Positions 10,676-20,894 of a DNA stretch of 47,659 nucleotides are shown piece after piece (position 1 is the first letter of the stretch; each line of letters opens with the position of its first letter). The notes below the pieces were generated by a model. The model was not told the DNA's origin. It ran no database searches and was given only the letters and a program-made list of their open reading frames with translations. The DNA comes from a virus (taxonomy: Duplodnaviria; Caudoviricetes): positions 1 to 47,659 of IMG/VR virus record IMGVR_UViG_3300026258_000006; one strand, given 5' to 3'. The translations under genes were made by a program, and so were the position numbers.

Positions 10676-10710
10676 AGAATACAGGCCCTTCGGGGCCTTG
10701 TGTTCTTATT
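10676..10710 (+). terminator. Rho-independent terminator after capsid gene
   Basis: AGAATACAGGCCC-TTCG-GGGCCTTGTGTTCT stem-loop with a UUCG tetraloop, followed by T-rich sequence. Confidence 0.85.
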
Positions 10711-10725
10711 TTATATTATTTTATT

Positions 10726-11511
10726 ATGACAACAACAACAAAAAAAATACAAAGTAGTGCTACTGAATTAGAAAAAAATTGGGTTTATAAAGATAGAACC
10801 TATTTATTAAAAAGTGAATTATCACCTGTTTCATACACTATACAAACAAGACATACTCCCAGAAAACCTTTAATGTGGTTTGATGAGAATTTAAAATTAA
10901 ATAGAGAAATAAGATTATCTACTAATCAAAAATCTTTATTTGTAGACGAGCAAGAAGGGTATACATCTTTGACTCATATAATGTTTCAAGATGGTGTGCT
11001 AAACGTGCCTCGTACTGATATTGTTACGCAAAAGCTTTTATCACTTTATCATCCTATGAAAGACAAACTATGGGAAGAAGTAGATGTCACTAAAAAAGCA
11101 GAAGATGAAGTTGATAAATTAGAATTTGAATTAAATGCTTTAAATTTAGTTCAAGAATTAGAAATTGAACATCTTGAAGCAATAATGCGTACAGAATTAG
11201 GGTCTGGTGTAAATGGTTTAAGTTCTAAAGAATTAAAAAGAGATGCTTATAGATTTGCACGTAAAAATCCAAAACTTTTTATGGAATTATCTCAAGATGA
11301 AGATATAACCTTAAGAAATTTAGCAAATAGAGCTGTTGAATCAGGTATACTTATGTTAACTGATGATAATACTGTATTCAAATTTGCTCATAATGGCAAA
11401 AAAATAATGACAGTTCCATTTGATCAAAATCCATATGGGGCATTAGCTCAATATTTTAAAACAGATAATGGAATAGATTTAATGAAATCATTATCTAAAA
11501 AACTTGCATAA
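10726..11511 (+). CDS. phage protein of the structural module, function unknown
   Basis: 261-aa ORF directly after the capsid gene. Confidence 0.7.
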   Translation: MTTTTKKIQSSATELEKNWVYKDRTYLLKSELSPVSYTIQTRHTPRKPLMWFDENLKLNREIRLSTNQKSLFVDEQEGYTSLTHIMFQDGVLNVPRTDIVTQKLLSLYHPMKDKLWEEVDVTKKAEDEVDKLEFELNALNLVQELEIEHLEAIMRTELGSGVNGLSSKELKRDAYRFARKNPKLFMELSQDEDITLRNLANRAVESGILMLTDDNTVFKFAHNGKKIMTVPFDQNPYGALAQYFKTDNGIDLMKSLSKKLA

Positions 11512-11517
11512 CTACTA

Positions 11518-11546
11518 GGTATAAGGTGAGAAATCAACCTTATACC
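11518..11546. other. intergenic hairpin
   Basis: GGTATAAGGT-N9-ACCTTATACC perfect 10-bp inverted repeat with no U-tract on the plus strand. Confidence 0.6.
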
Positions 11547-11571
11547 ATCTAAATAAATAAAAAATAAATTA

Positions 11572-12315
11572 ATGGTTAATATAGATAACGTATATAAAAC
11601 AGTTCTTGTTATAACCAACAAAGATAACAGAGGATATATAACGCCAGAAGAATTTAATCGTTTAGCCGACCAAGCGCAAAATGAAATATTTGCAAGTTAT
11701 TTCGCTAAAGAGGCTAGTTATGAATTAAATGCTTTTTTAGAAAGTGATTTTTCTGATCCTACTACATATTTAGCAGAAAAAATTAATGTATTTTATAAAT
11801 CAGCAGATTTAACATTAACTAATGGGGTGTTTACTTATCCAAGTGACTTATATAGAGTGGGTATTATATCTGTAGATAATGTAGTAGCGGATAGAGCTTC
11901 TCATGAAGAAGTCAAGTATATAAATCTTTCACCATTAACTTATCCCGTTAAAACTCAACCTATATATACATTAGGTGATTTAGGGGTTACAGTATATCCA
12001 AGTAGTATTACAACTGGGGTAAAAGCAGATTATTTAAAAAAGCCTGTTAGACCTAAATGGGGATATGTTATGCCTAGCGCGGCACAAATTGCAGCAGGGG
12101 TACCAAATGAACCTATTTATGATCCAACTGTTTTTGATCCTGCAACAGATAGTTATAACACTCCTGCTAAATCATATAATTTTGATTTGCATCCTTCGGA
12201 AGAAAATAATTTAGTTATTAGAATATTAACATATGCTGGAGTTGTTATAAAACAAGGGGATGTTACTGGATTCTCACAAAGTAAAGAACAACAAAACGCA
12301 GCAACTGAACAATAA
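11572..12315 (+). CDS. head-tail connector / tail ring protein
   Basis: NKDNRGYITPEEFNRLADQAQNEIF N-terminus, YPSDLYRVG, YLKKPVRPKWGY; positional and motif inference. Confidence 0.6.
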   Translation: MVNIDNVYKTVLVITNKDNRGYITPEEFNRLADQAQNEIFASYFAKEASYELNAFLESDFSDPTTYLAEKINVFYKSADLTLTNGVFTYPSDLYRVGIISVDNVVADRASHEEVKYINLSPLTYPVKTQPIYTLGDLGVTVYPSSITTGVKADYLKKPVRPKWGYVMPSAAQIAAGVPNEPIYDPTVFDPATDSYNTPAKSYNFDLHPSEENNLVIRILTYAGVVIKQGDVTGFSQSKEQQNAATEQ

Positions 12316-13238
12316 TGGCAATATCAAGAAAACCTTTAGACGTAGATAATTATTCCGCTTTAGACGGCGGCACTGGATTAGCGGTGCCTGGATATTATAG
12401 GAGAACTAACCTTAATGATATAATAAATAATTTTATAGTCGCTTATATTGGTGATGGTAAAGTTTTAACAAAAGTTCCAAGATACGAGGTTGCTTTTTGG
12501 GCGCAAAGGGCTGTTCAAGAATTTAGTTATGATATATTTCATTCTGAAAAAGCACTTGAAATACAATTAAGCTCTTTAAGACAAATGTCATTACCATCTG
12601 ATTATGTTAATTATATAAGTATTCAATATACAGATAATAATGGAGTCCAACGAACTATACTACCTAGCACAATAAGTCATGCAAATCAGGGCGTTGCTCA
12701 AGACGAAGATTATAAATATTTATACGATCAAGAAGGAAATATAGCTTTTGCTGAAACTTCTGAAACTATAGATAGATATCAACAACAAGATAAATTAGGC
12801 AATACTGAAATTGCTAATGATTATTATTACGGTTATTTTTATGGGGATGATTTTGGATATTATGGAAGACGTTACGGATTAACTCCACAATTTCAGAATA
12901 TAAATGGTACATGTCTTATAGATTTACATGCAGGTCAAATATATTTTGATGCATCAATCACACAGGACACATATATCACGCTAAATTATATATCTGATGG
13001 TTTAGGTAATAATGGTAATTTTGATAACGTATACGTACCTAAAATGGCCGAGGAAGCGGTTATGGCTAGTATTTTATATAATTTATCTAAAATTAGACCT
13101 TCTGCTGCTGGAGCAGCTTCATTATATAAGCAAGAAGCATTTGCAAAAATGCGTAATGCTAAAATCAGAATATCAAACATGAAGGTTGCTGAAATGGCTC
13201 AAATATTTAGAAATAAAGCTAAGTGGATTAAACACTAA
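12315..13238 (+). CDS. tail tubular/ring structural protein
   Basis: AQRAVQEFSYD, LPSDYVNY, LNYISDG and VPKMAEEA motifs; precedes the stabilisation protein. Confidence 0.6.
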   Translation: MAISRKPLDVDNYSALDGGTGLAVPGYYRRTNLNDIINNFIVAYIGDGKVLTKVPRYEVAFWAQRAVQEFSYDIFHSEKALEIQLSSLRQMSLPSDYVNYISIQYTDNNGVQRTILPSTISHANQGVAQDEDYKYLYDQEGNIAFAETSETIDRYQQQDKLGNTEIANDYYYGYFYGDDFGYYGRRYGLTPQFQNINGTCLIDLHAGQIYFDASITQDTYITLNYISDGLGNNGNFDNVYVPKMAEEAVMASILYNLSKIRPSAAGAASLYKQEAFAKMRNAKIRISNMKVAEMAQIFRNKAKWIKH

Positions 13239-13247
13239 TAACATTTT

Positions 13248-16200
13248 ATGCCAGAAATAAAAAGATTATTCAGCGCGGCCAAAATGAACCGCGATTTGGA
13301 TGCAAGATTAGTCCCTCAAGGAGAATATAGGGAAGCCCTTAATATAAATATTAGTAAATCAGAAGGATCTGATATGGGGGCTGTTGAAAATATTTTAGGC
13401 AATACACTAGTGGGTAATGCAAACATAACTAATGGGGAAGCTATAGGTGTGTATAGGGATACAGGTAATGAAATGATATATTTTTTTGTTACTAGTAATA
13501 GCTCATATGATGGAAGCAATGGAGGTACACATGGAATATTTGAATATGATCAAACTTCTAAACAATTACGAACTCTTATCTCTAATGCAGATTTAAATTT
13601 TCATAAAAACAACAAAATAACTGGAATAAATTTAGTTGATGAATTATTGTTTTGGACTGATGATAGAAATCCGCCTCGTAAAATAAATGTAGTAAGAGCA
13701 AGAAATGATGCAGCTTATTATACAGCAGGTGGGGCAGGGACATTTGATAATCTAGCATCAGTAGCTAAATTTGCGCCTTATGAATCTCCTACTATATTAG
13801 ATGTTGGGACTAATAATGAAGCAGGGTCTCCCATAGATTCTAATTTTTTAGAAAATAAAATAATACGATTTTCTTATAGATGGAAATTTGAAGACGGCGA
13901 ATATAGTACTTTAGCTCCTTTTTCAACTTCTTGTTTTTCTAGACTTGGAAACACTGATACTATTTCTGCGTCATTAGGAAATTTTGGAGAAATTGAAACT
14001 TTTGTTAATGCTATAAAATCTGTACAATTACAAATACCGACTCCTCCTGGATATGGTATAACTGAAGTTGAACTAGTTTATAAAGAAACAGGATCGTCAA
14101 CTTTGTATGTGGTTGAGGATAAGCCAGTTGCAGGAGAAAGCTTTATTAACTTTTGGTATGTGTCTCAAGATCCTTTTAGAACACTGCCGCCAGGGCAATT
14201 AACAAGGGTTTATGATGCTGTTCCTAGAGTAGCAAAATCCCAAGAATTAGTTGGAGGAAGATTAGTGTATGGTAACTTTTTACAAAATTACAATATTCCT
14301 AATATAGATTTTTCAGTAGTAAGAACAGGAGAAGATGATGCAAGACAAGACTGGGGCCCGGGTAAAAATAATTTATCTTTAAAGTCTAGAAGAACATATC
14401 AAGTTGGTATTGTATTAGCTGATAAATTTGGAAGACAATCACCGGTTATTCTTTCTAATTCAGGAGGGGACAGCGTGTATATTCCACCGGGATATGATGA
14501 TGCATCATCTACCCATGCTTTTAATGCTTTGAGAATTACTTTTGCTAATGTTAATCAAATTCCTAGTTGGGCTTATTCTTATAGGATTGTAGTTAAGCAA
14601 AGAGAACAAGAATATTACAATTGGATTTCTATTATATCATCTCAAGATAATATAGAAAGATTAGGTGATAGTATAAATAAAATTCCAAGAGATCAAACAG
14701 CAGTAATACCTCCAAGTACAGGTAGCACTATATCTCCTTGTAATGTTTCGGTATATCCTAAATATGTTAATGGTAGTAATGTTTATTTACCAGGGGCAAA
14801 TGCCTTAACATCAGTTCAATCTATTGCAAATCCATCAGGAGACGCAAAAGTTACTACAATTGACAATAGTGGCGCATCCGTAAACTCAGGATTATGTGTT
14901 TATGAAACTGAACCTGTAGAATCAGACTTAGATATATTTTATGAAACTTCTACGGGTGGATTAGTATCTGATATACCAGCTACAGCAATAAATATAGATT
15001 TTTTTAATTGTATATTATTAACTTTTGACCCAGGCGGAACCGGTAATGACCACATAGAAATTAACAGAATTAGGGCAGGTTATAATGAAACTGCATTTGA
15101 TTACGGCGTTAGAGCTTATGTAGTACAAGAAAATTTTGCTGAAGAAAGAAGGTTTAATACTTTAATACACTCAAGTGGATTATTTAATTCACGAACAGGA
15201 ATTAATTATGTTAATCAATTTAATGAATCTGAAGGTGGCTTAACTGTATCTTTAGATCCTCAAGATGGATCTATACAAAAATTAGGAGCAGACGATACAA
15301 GACTTTTAATATTCCAAGAAAGCAAAGTTTCTAATTCTCCTATTGATAAAGATTTTATATATTCCGCAGAAGGTGGAGCAGTTCCAGTTACGAGTAATAC
15401 TCAATTTTTAGGTACAATTGTACCATATGCTGGAAAATTTGGAATTGGACAAAATCCATCTTCTTATGCTGAATTTGGGTTTGCAAAGTATTTTGCAGAT
15501 AAAAACAACGGTGTTATTTTAAGATTATCTAGAGATGGAATTACTCAAATTTCAAATTATGGTATGAGTGACTTTTTTAGGGATGCACTTAAATCTGCTG
15601 ATAGTATGGTAGGTTCTTTTGACGAATATTCTGGATTATATAACTTAACTTTGTTAGGCACATGCTACGATAGTCAAGAGGATACTAATGTTGCTACTGC
15701 TGGTAGTAACTATGTCACCATATCTTTTGATGAATCAACTAACGGTTGGTGTAGTTTTAAATCCTTTAAACAAGAAAGAGGTATAAGTTTAAATAATACT
15801 TATTACTCGTTTTATATAGGTAATTTATGGCAACATGATGACCCCGTTGTTCAAAGAAATAATTTTTACAATTTAGGAGTACAACCTTCTTATATCGAAC
15901 CTATTTTAAATGATGCACCTTCTTTAATAAAACAATTTAATACCATAGGATATGAAGGGACTGAAGGATGGGAAATAGATTATATTGAAACTGATATAAC
16001 TAGTGTAGGAACAGTTCCAACACCTTCTATAAGTATAAACACTACTTTACAAATTGTAGGAACAGCAATTAATGCAAGTATTACCGGGGAAGCTAGTATA
16101 TGTGCTAACCAAGGAGAAACTATTTCTTGGGTTATTACAGCTTCGCCTATAAGTTTTGCTTATGAGTTTACTGCATTAAATAATGAATTTGTAAACCAAA

Positions 16201-17321
16201 TTACTCTTTCTGGCAACAATAATGTTACAGTGTCCGCACCAGTTTTAAATTCTGAAGGAAATATAGTATTCCAAGTTACTTACGTGGTAGGAAATTCTAA
16301 TACAATACAACAGCTTACTGTTGGGGGTACCGGTGCTGTATTAGCTAATTTACCAGCCTTATTAACAGTTAATGCAACTGATGCAGTAGCTTTAGCTAAT
16401 GTATCTCCAGCATCACAAATATTTAATACAGCTGGAAGCGCTAATGTAGTATTTACGGTAGTAGCAGATGCAGACTATTATATAGATCCAGCTAATATTA
16501 CAATTGATACAAGTGGATTGTCTTCATTTAATCCAGGCTCTCCAACAGATATACGAGTTACTGCAGCATCGCCGGCAGTATCAGGAAATTTAGACAATGT
16601 TCAATATACTGTTCCTTTAACTGTGCCCGCAACTGCGTCTTCGGGTGTTGTAGAAGTAGGAGTATCTGGGGTATCTACAGCAATTGCTAAAACAAATTTA
16701 ACATGGATAACGCCGGCAACAACAACCTATATGACATTTGCAGCGCCTCATGCAGGTACTTACAAAGTATCTAAATTTGATACTACAAATGTAAGCGCTA
16801 CTTATACATATAGTGGTATACCAGCTGATAAAACAATGACGCCGTCTAGCGTATCTTTTGCTATAACAGAAACTAATGGAGCTGGAGCTAGTATACCTAG
16901 CACCACAGGGGCTGCTATAGATGCGGGTTCTAGTTCTACGCCATTTAATGGAGTATTTACTGTTCAATTAACATCTCCAACAACTGACATAAATGCATTT
17001 ACTACTATAACAGGCGGGGTTGTTACAGCGGCTATAGGACCTTATGCACCTCCAACACCATTCCCGGCTACGCCTGGATCAAATGTAGTTATATCCGCAA
17101 CAAGTAATGTTGATGTAGAATTAACAAGATCTGATTCTTGGATATTAATTGATGGAGCAGCTGCAGATAAAACTTTACCTGTAGATACAGGATTTGAAAT
17201 TAATACTACAGCTAATACTAGTGGAGTACAAAGACAAGGTACAATTACTGTAACAAATTTAAATACTAGAATATCTCCTGCATTAGCTCCTGTACAAATA
17301 ACAATAATTCAAAACGGCTAA
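13248..17321 (+). CDS. tail stabilisation (P22 gp10-like, muzzle) protein with Ig-like/BACON-like C-terminal extension
   Basis: MNRDLDARLVPQGEYREALNI, LLFWTDDRNPPRKIN, RFSYRWKFEDGEYS and FGIGQNPSSYA motifs; the last ~440 aa are T/S/A/V-rich beta repeats. Confidence 0.8.
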   Translation: MPEIKRLFSAAKMNRDLDARLVPQGEYREALNINISKSEGSDMGAVENILGNTLVGNANITNGEAIGVYRDTGNEMIYFFVTSNSSYDGSNGGTHGIFEYDQTSKQLRTLISNADLNFHKNNKITGINLVDELLFWTDDRNPPRKINVVRARNDAAYYTAGGAGTFDNLASVAKFAPYESPTILDVGTNNEAGSPIDSNFLENKIIRFSYRWKFEDGEYSTLAPFSTSCFSRLGNTDTISASLGNFGEIETFVNAIKSVQLQIPTPPGYGITEVELVYKETGSSTLYVVEDKPVAGESFINFWYVSQDPFRTLPPGQLTRVYDAVPRVAKSQELVGGRLVYGNFLQNYNIPNIDFSVVRTGEDDARQDWGPGKNNLSLKSRRTYQVGIVLADKFGRQSPVILSNSGGDSVYIPPGYDDASSTHAFNALRITFANVNQIPSWAYSYRIVVKQREQEYYNWISIISSQDNIERLGDSINKIPRDQTAVIPPSTGSTISPCNVSVYPKYVNGSNVYLPGANALTSVQSIANPSGDAKVTTIDNSGASVNSGLCVYETEPVESDLDIFYETSTGGLVSDIPATAINIDFFNCILLTFDPGGTGNDHIEINRIRAGYNETAFDYGVRAYVVQENFAEERRFNTLIHSSGLFNSRTGINYVNQFNESEGGLTVSLDPQDGSIQKLGADDTRLLIFQESKVSNSPIDKDFIYSAEGGAVPVTSNTQFLGTIVPYAGKFGIGQNPSSYAEFGFAKYFADKNNGVILRLSRDGITQISNYGMSDFFRDALKSADSMVGSFDEYSGLYNLTLLGTCYDSQEDTNVATAGSNYVTISFDESTNGWCSFKSFKQERGISLNNTYYSFYIGNLWQHDDPVVQRNNFYNLGVQPSYIEPILNDAPSLIKQFNTIGYEGTEGWEIDYIETDITSVGTVPTPSISINTTLQIVGTAINASITGEASICANQGETISWVITASPISFAYEFTALNNEFVNQITLSGNNNVTVSAPVLNSEGNIVFQVTYVVGNSNTIQQLTVGGTGAVLANLPALLTVNATDAVALANVSPASQIFNTAGSANVVFTVVADADYYIDPANITIDTSGLSSFNPGSPTDIRVTAASPAVSGNLDNVQYTVPLTVPATASSGVVEVGVSGVSTAIAKTNLTWITPATTTYMTFAAPHAGTYKVSKFDTTNVSATYTYSGIPADKTMTPSSVSFAITETNGAGASIPSTTGAAIDAGSSSTPFNGVFTVQLTSPTTDINAFTTITGGVVTAAIGPYAPPTPFPATPGSNVVISATSNVDVELTRSDSWILIDGAAADKTLPVDTGFEINTTANTSGVQRQGTITVTNLNTRISPALAPVQITIIQNG

Positions 17322-17322
17322 C

Positions 17323-17562
17323 ATGAGCACAATTATAGATTTTCCTTTTCAAAAAAAGGAGGGCAAATATTTTGCACCTATAGTATCCCAAGAAACAACT
17401 TATAAAGTTGAAAATGGAGCTGTTGTTGTTGATTCAACAAAATTAGTATCAGGCATTAAAGGGGCTTATGCAAGCGTAAGATTAAAATTACCCGCGAGTT
17501 TTGCTTTGAATCCAACAGAATTATTTGCTGTAAATTCAGAGTCAGTTAACTCATCTAATTAA
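17323..17562 (+). CDS. detached C-terminal module of the tail stabilisation protein
   Basis: FQKKEGKYFA...GIKGAYASV...ELFAVNSESVNSS resembles, from memory, the usual C-terminus of this family; starts 1 nt after the upstream stop. Confidence 0.6.
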   Translation: MSTIIDFPFQKKEGKYFAPIVSQETTYKVENGAVVVDSTKLVSGIKGAYASVRLKLPASFALNPTELFAVNSESVNSSN

Positions 17563-17574
17563 ATTATATATATT

Positions 17575-18015
17575 ATGAAATTACAAGTACGAAAATTACT
17601 TGAATCCGATTGGGAATTCCTTCCTGATTGGTGGGAAGCTTATAAACAACCAGTATGGCCCAGGGATTTTTTGCCTGGAGCTTTTAGGGTTGGAGACGAA
17701 CAAGAAGAAAAACGCCAAGGTTTAGGTGGTTTTATGGTTTGCAAAGGAGAAGATCCTATTGCAGCTATGTGGCTTTGGATGACAAATAGTAAAGTTGCTT
17801 TTCCAGCTGTAGTAATAAGTGATAAATCTTATCGCGATACAGACAGAAGTGATGCATTGCAACTCTTAATAAATTTTACAACTGATTTTGCTAAAGATAT
17901 GGGTTATAAATATGCATTTTCTTGGGCAAAAGAAGGCGTGTTATTAGACAAATATAAAGAAGTGGGGTATTATCAAGACGAAACCCCCTCATATGAATTA
18001 ATAATGAGATATTAA
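17575..18015 (+). CDS. GNAT-fold-like protein of the virion module
   Basis: VRKLLESDW N-terminus, GGFMV...PIAAMWL, AKDMGYKYAF and KYKEVGY patterns resemble an acetyltransferase fold. Confidence 0.5.
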   Translation: MKLQVRKLLESDWEFLPDWWEAYKQPVWPRDFLPGAFRVGDEQEEKRQGLGGFMVCKGEDPIAAMWLWMTNSKVAFPAVVISDKSYRDTDRSDALQLLINFTTDFAKDMGYKYAFSWAKEGVLLDKYKEVGYYQDETPSYELIMRY

Positions 18016-19404
18016 ATGGGAAGCATAGTAAAAGGCGTCGCATCACTCTTTGGGGGTAAAAAAAGACGTAGAGAACAAAAACAAGCGGGAGATGCTTTGA
18101 AAACTCAATTGGGCAAGCAAGATGCATTTAAATGGGGCAACAACTGGGAAAACATGCAAGGTGTTAACTACGATGTTACACAAGGCCAGGTTGGTCAGCT
18201 AGGTGCTGCTGGACAAATTGAAGGGATTGCTAGTTTAGGACCAGCTCAAGGATATGATGCTCAAGGCTACCAATCACAAGGGTATGATGCAACTGGATAT
18301 GATGCTGCACAAACAAGTATAGGTGGATTAGCTAGAGGAGCAGATACCGGTTTAACCAACACAATGGCTAACTTACAGGTTTCTACAGCAGGCGCAGAAA
18401 TGGCGGCGCGAGAAGCAGATCAAGCATTAGCTGCATCACAAGATTTAGCTGCACAAGCAGGAACTGGAGCAGGGGGTGCTACCGCATTAGCGGCTCAAGC
18501 TGCAAAATCAAAAGCTGGAATCGCGGCTGATATAGACAAGCAAGTAAAACAAAATGAAATGATGCGAGCTCAAGGGGAATCAGAACTTCAAAGAGCTCAG
18601 TTAGCTCAAGGCAATTTAGCCTCACAGTTTGATTTAGGACAATCTCAATTTAATGTTGGAGCACAAAATCAAGCAGCGCAATTTGGAGCAAGTGCTCAAA
18701 ACCAAGCAGCACAATTTACAGCAGCAGCGGCTAATCAAGCTGCACAATTTGGAGCTCAAGCAAAAAATGAAGCCGCAAGGTTTGGTGCTCAAGCTGCAAA
18801 TCAATTTGCATTATCTAAGTTTGGCGCTGAAAACCAATTGAACCAGTTTAATATGGGTGCACAAAACGCATTTAAACAAGCTCAATGGAGCGCTGAAAAT
18901 GCTGCTTCTATGCAAAACGCCCAATTCCAAAATCAAGCGGCTAGAGATAGTGCTATGGCTGCATTTGATGCTGAAAAAATGGGTAGAGCCGCAATGGATC
19001 AACAACAACAGTTTGAATGGAATAAAATTCAAGATCAAACAGGTAGAGCTATGGCTAGGAAAAATGCTGCTGATGCAGCAAGAGCTTCCGCTAAAGCTGA
19101 TCTTATAGGTGGTATAGCTGGTATAGCTGATGCTGCTGTAAGTGCTGCTACAGGTGGAATGGGTGCTAAGGCTCAAAAGTGGATTACTAGTGATAGAAGG
19201 TTGAAAAAAGATATTAAACTTATAGGTTTATCACCATCAGGTCTTAAAGTATATAGTTTTAAATATAAAAACACTTCTTTTGGTAAAGGACTATTCCAAG
19301 GTGTTATGTCAGATGAAATCCCATCTTATGCTGTAATAAAAGGTAATGATGGCTTTGATAGAGTTGATTATAGTAAGATAGACGTTCAATTTAAAAATAT
19401 TTAA
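18016..19404 (+). CDS. probable ejection/pilot protein with Gln/Ala repeats and C-terminal peptidase S74-like chaperone domain
   Basis: G/A/Q-rich; 5-aa QGYDA and 11-aa NQAAQFGAQAA-type repeats; SDRRLKKDIKLIG...VYSFKY...GVMSDEI...VDYSKI. Confidence 0.7.
   Translation: MGSIVKGVASLFGGKKRRREQKQAGDALKTQLGKQDAFKWGNNWENMQGVNYDVTQGQVGQLGAAGQIEGIASLGPAQGYDAQGYQSQGYDATGYDAAQTSIGGLARGADTGLTNTMANLQVSTAGAEMAAREADQALAASQDLAAQAGTGAGGATALAAQAAKSKAGIAADIDKQVKQNEMMRAQGESELQRAQLAQGNLASQFDLGQSQFNVGAQNQAAQFGASAQNQAAQFTAAAANQAAQFGAQAKNEAARFGAQAANQFALSKFGAENQLNQFNMGAQNAFKQAQWSAENAASMQNAQFQNQAARDSAMAAFDAEKMGRAAMDQQQQFEWNKIQDQTGRAMARKNAADAARASAKADLIGGIAGIADAAVSAATGGMGAKAQKWITSDRRLKKDIKLIGLSPSGLKVYSFKYKNTSFGKGLFQGVMSDEIPSYAVIKGNDGFDRVDYSKIDVQFKNI
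18646..18880 (+). repeat. 33-bp-period degenerate coding tandem repeat (about 7 units)
   Basis: QFNVGAQNQAA/QFGASAQNQAA/QFTAAAANQAA/QFGAQAKNEAA/RFGAQAANQFA..., with matching DNA periodicity. Confidence 0.8.
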
Positions 19405-19407
19405 TCG

Positions 19408-20877
19408 ATGGCAAATTATAATTACGATTTTTGGTCTAAAGAACACGAGTGGAAAGGTGGGGGAATGAAAGATAGAGCCCTTACTAACCAGGCAATTGAT
19501 CAATCACTAGCTGAAAGACGTTTGCTTACAGATAGAACGAGAGCTGAGCAAGATAGACAGCTCAAAAGAAGCATCATGAACTATAATATGGGTCAAGCTA
19601 TAGTAAAAGATATGGATGATCTTACTATTGTAGGTGATAGTGGGGCTGGTGGGTTTGATGCTATCCTTCAACAAGGCTCTAGGGAAATGGCTGATTATGC
19701 AGCACATTTAACTAATGAATTACAGCGTACTGGAGATTATGCAACATATTCTAGAGAAATGGCCGCTTTAAAAGCTCAAGTAGGAGATATGAAAGCTTTA
19801 AAGGGTGATATTTCAAAAACATTAGTAGATTTCAATACAATGAATGAAGCTGGTAATTTGTCTGATTATGTATCTGCTGACTTAAGGGCTGCAATGCAAG
19901 ATATGCAAAGCTCTTCTCCTAGCGGTAGTTTTCAAACTGTAGATGGCCAACAAATGTGGGTTGGAACTACAGTTACAGGAAAACCTTATAGAATATCTGC
20001 ATCAGAATTTAAAAATTTAAGTAATAAATTAGTACCTAAGCAAGATGTAGATGGTATTTTAAATAATGCTATGCGAGTTCAAACAACTCCTCAAGGTAAT
20101 ATATTAGGTTTTGATGAGCCAGGTAGGGGTATTGATGGTAAACCAGGAATGTCAGCTGCAGATTATGCTCAAGATGCTTTAGATGATACTATAGATTCTA
20201 GAGGAAATGAAAATAGACATAGAATGGCTGGAGCTTTATTAACTGATAAATTTGGATATAGCGAAGAAGAGGCTAAAAATCTATTAGCTCAAGGATGGGA
20301 TAAAGCTTATGGGGTATTAAAACAAGAATGGACTGATCAAGCTCGATCTCAATATGGAGTAAATTCCGCCGCTGTACAAAAATATAAGCATAATGCTCAA
20401 GATCAATATGAAGAACATTTAGCTGTTAGAGATAACAGAAAAAGAATTGAAAACAATAAAAGGGAATTACCTAATTTACTTAGGAATAATAAAAATGCTG
20501 TATATCAAAACCCTGCAGCATATTTTGAAGCTAAAGACCCTGAAGCTTTTGTATCTAACGCTAAAGATGATTTAGTTGCTGCTGGATTAACTCAAGTACA
20601 ACCTTTAACACGAGAAACGGACACTGGTACAGAAGTAATTGGTTTCCAAGCATATAATCCACATTCTAGAATTAGAAAACCTCAAGATTTCTTATTTAAG
20701 GGATCAGCGGAGGATTGGAAAAATGGAATTTTTGCAGCAAACGATTTAGACCCTTATCAGTGGCAAGCAGAATATGAAAACCAAACATGGAACCCTAGAA
20801 CACAACAAAGGGATCTTCCTGGTTTTAGAAGAAGATATTCATCAAGAGAGAACAGAACTAACAGAATAAAATACTAA
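19408..20877 (+). CDS. probable internal virion/ejection protein
   Basis: 489-aa helical ORF between the pilot-like and giant virion genes. Confidence 0.55.
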   Translation: MANYNYDFWSKEHEWKGGGMKDRALTNQAIDQSLAERRLLTDRTRAEQDRQLKRSIMNYNMGQAIVKDMDDLTIVGDSGAGGFDAILQQGSREMADYAAHLTNELQRTGDYATYSREMAALKAQVGDMKALKGDISKTLVDFNTMNEAGNLSDYVSADLRAAMQDMQSSSPSGSFQTVDGQQMWVGTTVTGKPYRISASEFKNLSNKLVPKQDVDGILNNAMRVQTTPQGNILGFDEPGRGIDGKPGMSAADYAQDALDDTIDSRGNENRHRMAGALLTDKFGYSEEEAKNLLAQGWDKAYGVLKQEWTDQARSQYGVNSAAVQKYKHNAQDQYEEHLAVRDNRKRIENNKRELPNLLRNNKNAVYQNPAAYFEAKDPEAFVSNAKDDLVAAGLTQVQPLTRETDTGTEVIGFQAYNPHSRIRKPQDFLFKGSAEDWKNGIFAANDLDPYQWQAEYENQTWNPRTQQRDLPGFRRRYSSRENRTNRIKY

Positions 20878-20894
20878 TATTTATTTAATAAAAT

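Noticed and set aside
18240-18900. Tandem repeats as a CRISPR array or DGR repeat
   Set aside because: They are degenerate in-frame coding repeats with no spacers, and no cas or reverse transcriptase gene is present in the window.
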